Source of the DNA: an uncultured Acidimicrobiaceae bacterium
Lineage (GTDB): Bacteria; Actinomycetota; Acidimicrobiia; Spongiisociales; UBA5794
Assembly (NCBI GenBank): GCA_947258375.1
Contig: CAMYIJ010000015.1
Span: 1,817-65,816, forward strand
Direction of reading: 5' to 3'
Length of the DNA: 64,000 nt
Notes under the pieces: generated by a model
Seen by the model: only the letters and a program-made list of their open reading frames with translations
Database searches by the model: none
What the model was told of the DNA's origin: nothing
Made by a program: the position numbers and the translations under genes
Shown here: positions 58,731 to 64,000 of the stretch, piece by piece
How the letters are laid out: every line of letters begins with the position of its first letter
Numbering within the stretch: position 1 is the stretch's first letter

Positions 58731-59236
58731 ACCATCCTCCTCACCTGGCGGCCGCCCATCGCTCGAGATACAAGCGGGATCAGGATGGCTGCCACTACGA
58801 GGTTGTAGAGAGACGGCAGCACTATCTGGCGATACCAGCCCGGGTCGGCAAACACCTGTTCCCCAAAAAGGGTACTGGCGATCGCGAATATTGCATGGCC
58901 CAGCACCGAGAGGGCCAGCAGGCCGGCGGCGACCACCACGACCCCGTCATCGATACGATCGCGCACCCGCAACGTCACGTACGCCGCCACCACCAGCGCA
59001 ATGGCCCACAGCCCGATGGTGGATCCGCCGAGGAGGTCCATCAGGAGACCCGAGGTGAATGCCACCAGCAGAGCCGGCTCGGCCTCCAGGTAGGCGGCGC
59101 ATATGACGACGAGGACCAGGACGAGATTCGGGGCTGCTCCGAATGGGTTGATCCTGCTCTCCCCGAACAGCGTCGACTGTATGACCAGGCCTGCGATCGA
59201 GAGCAGAAGCGCGTAGATGATGTGTTTGCCTGACAT
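58727..59236 (-). CDS. mreD: rod shape-determining protein MreD
   Basis: ~5-TM small membrane protein, positioned between mreC and mrdA. Confidence 0.8.
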   Translation of the reverse strand: MSGKHIIYALLLSIAGLVIQSTLFGESRINPFGAAPNLVLVLVVICAAYLEAEPALLVAFTSGLLMDLLGGSTIGLWAIALVVAAYVTLRVRDRIDDGVVVVAAGLLALSVLGHAIFAIASTLFGEQVFADPGWYRQIVLPSLYNLVVAAILIPLVSRAMGGRQVRRMV

Positions 59237-60126
59237 CAGCTTCCCGGGAAGGGGTCGGGGGCATCGGGTATCGGTTCGCTCAAGTCGTCCGGCGCCGTGA
59301 ACTCGCTCGGGAGCCAGCCAACGAGCACCTTCACGAAGTCGATGCGACTGAAGTCAACGGCTGGGGTGACCTCGGCTATCAGCGAGAAGCCCGCCTCTGC
59401 TTCCGCCGTCGTCGCCACGCTGCCGACCACGATGCCGGGGGCGTACCGACCGCCCTCGGTGACGATCAAATGGCCCTTTTCGATGGGCTCCACGGCATTG
59501 AACATGCGAAGCCGCAACGGCGCCGACCCCTGACCCTCCGCGACGCCGGTTTCGTTTGTATCGAGGTCGCGGACGCCAACACCGTTGCGGGTGTCTGTGA
59601 TGAGCCTGACACGCGCCGTCGTCTCGTCGACGTAATCGACCCGGCCCACCAGACCATCTTCATCGACGACGGTGTGGCCGACGACGACGCCATCCTCAGT
59701 ACCTCGATTGATCCAGCGAATATGGTCGAACGGCGACACCCCCACCGAGAAGATGTGGGCGGTGACGTCCAGCACGTCACCGGGAGGATCGAGGTTGTTG
59801 ATCCGCTCCAGCTCCTCGAGCCGGTTCTGCAGGCCGGCAACGTTCTGCGCCTGCGCCTCGAGTTCCTTATTACGGTCACGGAGCCGTTCGTTTTCATCTC
59901 TGAGGCCGGCGATGTTCGAGATGCCATCGACAAACCCCACGACTGGACGGGTTATGACCGAAGCGGCCTCCTGAAGCGGGGAGAACAGCGACTGGGTTCC
60001 GTCCCGCAAGGTATCGCCGATGCCGGCGCCCTGCGATCGGACGTCGATGGTTGCCGTCAGAAACGACACGATGAGCAGGCCGATGAAGAGAGACGTGGAG
60101 CGGTCGAATCTCCTGAAAGACTGCAT
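59236..60126 (-). CDS. mreC: rod shape-determining protein MreC
   Basis: N-terminal TM segment, a coiled-coil (RDENERLRDRNKELEAQAQNVAGLQNRLEELER), and beta-rich MreC domains. Confidence 0.85.
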   Translation of the reverse strand: MQSFRRFDRSTSLFIGLLIVSFLTATIDVRSQGAGIGDTLRDGTQSLFSPLQEAASVITRPVVGFVDGISNIAGLRDENERLRDRNKELEAQAQNVAGLQNRLEELERINNLDPPGDVLDVTAHIFSVGVSPFDHIRWINRGTEDGVVVGHTVVDEDGLVGRVDYVDETTARVRLITDTRNGVGVRDLDTNETGVAEGQGSAPLRLRMFNAVEPIEKGHLIVTEGGRYAPGIVVGSVATTAEAEAGFSLIAEVTPAVDFSRIDFVKVLVGWLPSEFTAPDDLSEPIPDAPDPFPGS

Positions 60127-60177
60127 GACGGCTAGCGGGGCGCGGGGTTGGCAGCCGCGAAGGCGGCACTCAACCTG

Positions 60178-61213
60178 CTACCCCCGACCGCTCGACTGCA
60201 GAACGGCATGCAGGACCTCGAACTCCTCGAGACAGGCGCCGGAGCCAAGCACGACGGACTGCAATGGCCGCTCGGCCGTGATGATCGGCATGCCGGTCTC
60301 CCCTGCGAGCCGTTGATTGAGGCCCCGCAGCAGAGCGCCGCCCCCGGTGAGAACGATGCCACGTTCCATGATGTCGGCCGCGAGCTCCGGAGGGGTCTTG
60401 TCGAGCGTCAGCTTCACCGCGTCCACGATGGTCTGCACCGGCTCCTCGATGGATTCCCGGACCTCGTGACTCGACAGCACGATGGTCTTAGGGAGACCGG
60501 TGATCAGGTCGCGGCCGCGCACCTCGGCCGCCGGCTCGTCTTCGTAGGGCCACGCGGAGCCGATGGCCATCTTGACCTGCTCGGCGGTCCGCTCACCCAG
60601 CATGAGGTTGTATTCCTTCTTGACCCAGGAGATGATCGCCTCGTCGAGCTCGTCGCCACCGATGCGGATGCTCTTCGATACGACGATGCCGCCCAGCGAG
60701 ATAACCGCGACCTCGGTGGTGCCGCCGCCCATGTCAACAACCATCGAGCCGGCAGGCTCGTGTACCGGCAGACCCACACCGATGGCAGCTGCCATTGGCT
60801 CCTCGATCGTGTAGGCGCGGCGCGCTCCAGCGTGATAGGCCGCCTCTTCGACGGCGCGCCGCTCGACCGCGGTGATTCCGGAGGGAACACAAATCACGAT
60901 GCGAGGCCGGGCCGAGAAGCGCCGGTTGTGCACCTTGTCGATGAAGTAGCGCAGCATCTTCTCAGTGATCTCGAAGTCGGCGATGACTCCGTTGCGCAGC
61001 GGGCGAATCGCCTGGATGTACGACGGCGTGCGGCCGATCATCCGCTTGGCTTCCATACCAACCTCGAGCGGCCGGTTGTCACGGGTATTGATCGCGACCA
61101 CCGATGGCTCATTGAGGACGATGCCCATGCCGCGCACGAACACCAGCGTGTTCGCCGTCCCGAGATCGATCGCCATATCCCGGCCGGCAAATGAGAAAAA
61201 GTCGTTCAACAAA
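60178..61213 (-). CDS. mreB: rod shape-determining protein MreB (actin homologue)
   Basis: ...DMAIDLGTANTLVFV...DMGGGTTEVAVISLGG...VLTGGGALLRGL.... TTG start (LNDFFSFAGRD) inferred; the ATG at MAIDLG is also possible. Confidence 0.9.
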
Positions 61214-61401
61214 GAAAGCCTTACTCGAGGACAAGCCCGCGAAATTCCGAACACGAAGTGTAGCCCGATGTAGCCCCTGCGCACCAAAGGCGGGGTTGAG
61301 AATTCTGCGGATTCCGGCAACCCTGCCGGGTTGCGGTGGAGTTGCTGCGCAACTCCTGGAGCCGGTTTCGGTAGTGTTGAGATACGGAACGCGAGGAGGG
61401 C

Positions 61402-62112
61402 ATGGTGACCACGGATCTGATGCAGCCGGCGTACAGCGCGACGTTGGAGTACGTGGTGGCCAACGGTCGGGCACCGCATTACACAGAGCTGGCTGAGATC
61501 CTCGAGGTTTCGGTCGAAGAGGCGCGGCTCGCCCAGGTCGCTGCGGCCGAGCGAGCGGTGGGGTGCTGGATGGCCGAAGGAACCGACTACGTGAGTTCGT
61601 GGGCGCCCTTCGCCATCACGCCAACTCAGTACGAGATCTCCGTCGACGGGATCCAGAAATGGTACGGCCAGTGAGGGGTTGAATCGCTGGCGGTCCGCTG
61701 GCTATTCCCCGGCCGAGAAGTCCAGATCGACACCCGCTGCCTCGACTGCGGCGAACCGATCGTTATCCGGTTCCGGGACGAGGAGATCCTGGAGATATCG
61801 CCGACGTCGGTGGTGGCCCACATCCAGTATCCGTTCCATCAGTGGCGCGATCTTCCGTTCCCCTACAACTGAGAACGTATGAACCTCTTCCGGTCGGAAG
61901 AGCACGTCAAGGCCTGGCCTCACTACGACCCGGCTTCGGAAGAGGGCATCCTGCCGGTCACGGAGTGGGCCGAGATATTCGCCGGTCCTCTATTCCGTAA
62001 CCGACCCGAGCCGGATTATCTGGCGAACCAGGGCAAGTACTACGGAGCGATCTTCGCCACCCTCGCCGCCACGGGCAAGACCGGCCCGTTCTGGGCTCCG
62101 CCGGCGCGTTGA
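61402..62112 (+). CDS. MerB-family (alkylmercury lyase-like) protein read through two in-frame TGA codons: candidate selenoprotein (236 aa, 2 Sec)
   Basis: The three consecutive ORF-track ORFs 61402..61674, the same-frame stretch 61675..61872, and 61879..62112 are all in frame 1, separated only by TGA at 61672-74 and 61870-72. N-terminus GRAPHYTELAEILEVSVEEARLAQ resembles the MerB HTH [24 protein letters not shown]. YEISVDGIQKWYGQ-U-GVE aligns to MerB YVFEIDDRRLYAW-C96-ALD99. ...FPYN-U-ERMNLFRS aligns to SF-C159-CHVHFFAS. ...EHVKAWPH...EEGILPVTEWAEIFAG resembles EDWASKH...LEGLAIVSVHEAFGLG. GAGGAGG SD lies 6 nt before the ATG. Confidence 0.6.
61675..61712 (+). promoter_or_regulatory. SECIS-like stem-loop downstream of the first in-frame UGA (apical GGUC)
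   Basis: UGA-GGGGUUGAAUCGCUGGCGGUCCGCUGGCUAUUCCCC folds with a lower stem (GGG/CCC, GAAU/AUUC, bulged UU) and an upper stem (GCUGGC/GCUGGC with G·U pairs), exposing GGUC(C) 17 nt after the UGA. Confidence 0.45.
61886..61903 (+). promoter_or_regulatory. SECIS-like perfect hairpin downstream of the second in-frame UGA (CUCUUCC-GGUC-GGAAGAG)
   Basis: 7-bp perfect stem with a GGUC tetraloop beginning 13 nt after the UGA; the loop lies ~20 nt downstream. This is comparable to the E. coli fdhF SECIS apical ...UGCA-GGUC-UGCA... as I recall it. Confidence 0.5.
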
Positions 62113-62129
62113 ACCAGCGGCGCGGACAA

Positions 62130-63512
62130 TCACCAGTCGATCAGGGTGTAGTCACCCTCGACCTCGACCTCCCGGCCGTCGAAGATGACGCTGCCGTCGA
62201 AGATGACGCGACCCGGGGACGCGGTAATGATGCGACCGCCGGAGCTGTCGAGCCCGAACGCCGCCGGACCGTCGTAGCGTGCTACCTCAGTCAGGTCGAC
62301 CTCACCGTCACCCAGCCAGATGCCCAGGAGCGCCGTGGACTCCACACCGTCTTGCCAGGTTTCCACCTCGACCAGCAGCTCCATGGCGTGGAATCCGACC
62401 ATCGACCAGTTCCATGAGCTCGCGCCCGGGATGCGGATCACTTCGTCGCCCGCCGCGGGACCGTCGAACTGCGCAGAGAAATGGCGAACGGAGCCCGCGG
62501 TGTCGCCCACGTAGACCACGTCTGCCGTCGGACCCCACGACACCGTCAACAGCTCGTAGCCCGATTCTGAGGTAGCCGGCCGCGGGACCAAATGGCGCCA
62601 CTCGCTCCCTGTTGTGAGGTCGCGGATGACGATGGTGTCGATGGGAGCCAACACAAACTGGGGCTCCTCAGGATCGGGGAAACACTCCGAGGCCGCCAGG
62701 TAGAGCAGTAGCCGGCCGTCTGCCGAGACCCTTGGGGAGAAGCCGTCGCCGATCTCGAAGGCCTTCCCTGTAGCGAGATCGAGCCGAACCAGGAGCCCAT
62801 CGGATCCTTCGCAGGAGAACCACGAGTCCTCGACCAGAACCGAGTAGTACGCCTCCGTCCCCTGCGGTGACAGCTGCGGGCTGCTCGGGTAAACAGCCTC
62901 GGCGCCGTGAGGCACAACGGTGCGAACAACCTGTCCGGTCTCCGTAGACACAGCCACCACGACTCCCTCACGATCTACCGCCAGTGCCAGCCCTTCCTCC
63001 CGGTGTATAGGTCGGGCCGGGTCGACGCCCAGGTAGCGCGGGTAGCAATCCGTGATCGGGTTGGCTTCACGCTCGGCCAGTCGGGTACACCGTTGCGACG
63101 CCTGCCAGGCGTGGTCGAACGAGCCGGAGAACACCACCCAATACCCCGAATTCAACGATGGGTAGCCGTCACTGAGCACCACACCCGCACTCGCCGCGAT
63201 GAGCTCTGAAGCCATCGACACCGCGTCCGAGCGATCGAACTCGTCGACCGGCAGCGAAGCGAGGATGGACGTCCAGGTATCGAACGGTGGTGGCTCGAGG
63301 CCCGGGGCAGCGGTGGTGGTGGTCGAAGTCGACGTGGTCGGTGCCACAGGTTCGGTGGTGACCGACGAGGACGCCACCGACGGCGCGCTCGCAGCGGGCG
63401 GGGTTGACAGAACCGCCGCGGCGCCTGTCGTCGTGGAGCCAGCGCCCCCGGTGTCGGAACAGGCAGAGACGATGATCGAGAGGATCGCCAAGATCGCCAC
63501 TGTGCGCATCAC
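62130..63512 (-). CDS. secreted lipoprotein with Thr/Ser/Pro-rich linker, unknown beta-rich domain
   Basis: MMRTVAILAILSIIVSACSD lipobox, a ~70-aa T/S/A/P-rich linker (...TSTSTTTTAAPGLEPPP), then a ~380-aa domain. Confidence 0.6.
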   Translation of the reverse strand: MMRTVAILAILSIIVSACSDTGGAGSTTTGAAAVLSTPPAASAPSVASSSVTTEPVAPTTSTSTTTTAAPGLEPPPFDTWTSILASLPVDEFDRSDAVSMASELIAASAGVVLSDGYPSLNSGYWVVFSGSFDHAWQASQRCTRLAEREANPITDCYPRYLGVDPARPIHREEGLALAVDREGVVVAVSTETGQVVRTVVPHGAEAVYPSSPQLSPQGTEAYYSVLVEDSWFSCEGSDGLLVRLDLATGKAFEIGDGFSPRVSADGRLLLYLAASECFPDPEEPQFVLAPIDTIVIRDLTTGSEWRHLVPRPATSESGYELLTVSWGPTADVVYVGDTAGSVRHFSAQFDGPAAGDEVIRIPGASSWNWSMVGFHAMELLVEVETWQDGVESTALLGIWLGDGEVDLTEVARYDGPAAFGLDSSGGRIITASPGRVIFDGSVIFDGREVEVEGDYTLIDW

Positions 63513-64000
63513 ACAGTGAACGCTACTGCGAGCTTCCAGGTTCCGGAAGGCTGGTGATCCGCCGCCCTAGGTGTGGTGCCCGCAGACGTTGTTGGCACTC
63601 GCTGGGGACGAGTGCCCAGGCCGCTGGCGCCTGATGAGACACGAAGTGTCGTGACCAGCAGTCGAGGCCGATCCTGGGGGTGCGGCTCGGGGAGGTTTTG
63701 CGGGAGGGGCGTGGGCCGGGTTCAGCGATCGGTGTGGTTCGTGTCGCTTTCGCCTGAGACCGCGGCGTGTCGCATAGTTTGTAGGGCCGAGCGACTCGTT
63801 GAGGGCGCGGGCGAAGGCTCCGGCGTCGGTGGTTCCCCGTCAAGCGGTTCGCCCGGTGGGGCTGGAGTCGGTTCGGCCTGGATCGATGAAGTGGTTTCGG
63901 TGGTCGTCGAGCGGGTTGAGGCAATGTGCCTCTAGTTGGGGGGTGGGGCTCGGGTGACACCGGGGGCGAGGAATCGTCTCCGTTTCGGTGGAGAGTGGGG

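Noticed and set aside
61672-61872. Interpreting the MerB-like locus as three separate small genes or a simple pseudogene
   Set aside because: Not fully excluded. It is disfavoured because the interruptions are exactly two TGA codons (not frameshifts or mixed stops), both in frame, both at catalytic Cys positions, and both followed by GGUC-loop hairpins at SECIS-like spacing.
61679-61882. 67-aa ORF (alternative frame) inside the MerB-like region
   Set aside because: Arg/Ser-rich shadow frame. The frame-1 translation across the two TGAs has MerB-family similarity along its whole length.
63573-63935. 120-aa + ORF at the window end
   Set aside because: Gly/Arg/Ser-rich, with no motif and no SD. 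It is likely non-coding, or part of a gene continuing beyond the window, and cannot be supported.

Overview
High-GC (~68-70%) chromosomal segment, probably actinobacterial: it carries F420-type luciferase-like oxidoreductases, an LCP protein, the nadD-rsfS and obg-proB modules, and mreBCD-mrdA-rodA, so the organism is likely rod-shaped. About 64 predicted genes, mostly core metabolism, many joined by 4-nt ATGA/GTGA overlaps. Contents in order:
(1) A minus-strand Mo-hydroxylase operon, FAD (CoxM-like), 2Fe-2S (CoxS-like) and Mo (CoxL-like) subunits, followed by a MoaD/ThiS-like GG-terminal protein and a DapA-family aldolase.
(2) A GntR-associated catabolic cluster at 4.7-18 kb: 2-hydroxyacid dehydrogenase, two Gfo/Idh/MocA enzymes, HpcH aldolase, SDR, ALDH, MaoC, CoA-transferase III, Zn-ADH, NAD-epimerase and two paralogous alpha/alpha-barrel-like unknowns.
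(3) A five-gene peptide/oligosaccharide-type ABC transporter with an MDR dehydrogenase.
(4) tRNA-Ala(GGC).
(5) rsfS, an LCP gene, nadD and an M23 peptidase.
(6) A receiver gene, coxE (VWA), coxD (MoxR) and a ProA-like gene in one operon, remote from coxMSL.
(7) A signalling island: LuxR response regulator, lone receiver, two tandem paralogous GAF/HisKA_3 kinases and a REC-nucleotide cyclase.
(8) Usp-Usp-Rieske fusion, a TIGR02391-like protein and F420 LLM genes.
(9) proB, obg, rpmA, rplU, RNase E/G, tdk, rodA, mrdA, mreD, mreC, mreB.
The main finding is a MerB-family (alkylmercury-lyase-like) gene at 61402-62112 read in one frame through two in-frame TGA codons. These codons align with the two catalytic cysteines of MerB, and each is followed 17-20 nt later by a hairpin with a GGUC apical loop resembling the bacterial SECIS. 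This makes it a candidate double-selenocysteine MerB homologue. Also reported: a family of ~220-nt GC-rich intergenic elements with terminal inverted repeats (three loci); heptanucleotide TACTGAN repeat arrays flanking tdk; a frameshifted lipoprotein gene; and unusual overlaps at nadD/M23 and rsfS. Manually read coordinates (RNA, repeats, alternative starts) may be off by 1-2 nt. No database searches were possible.
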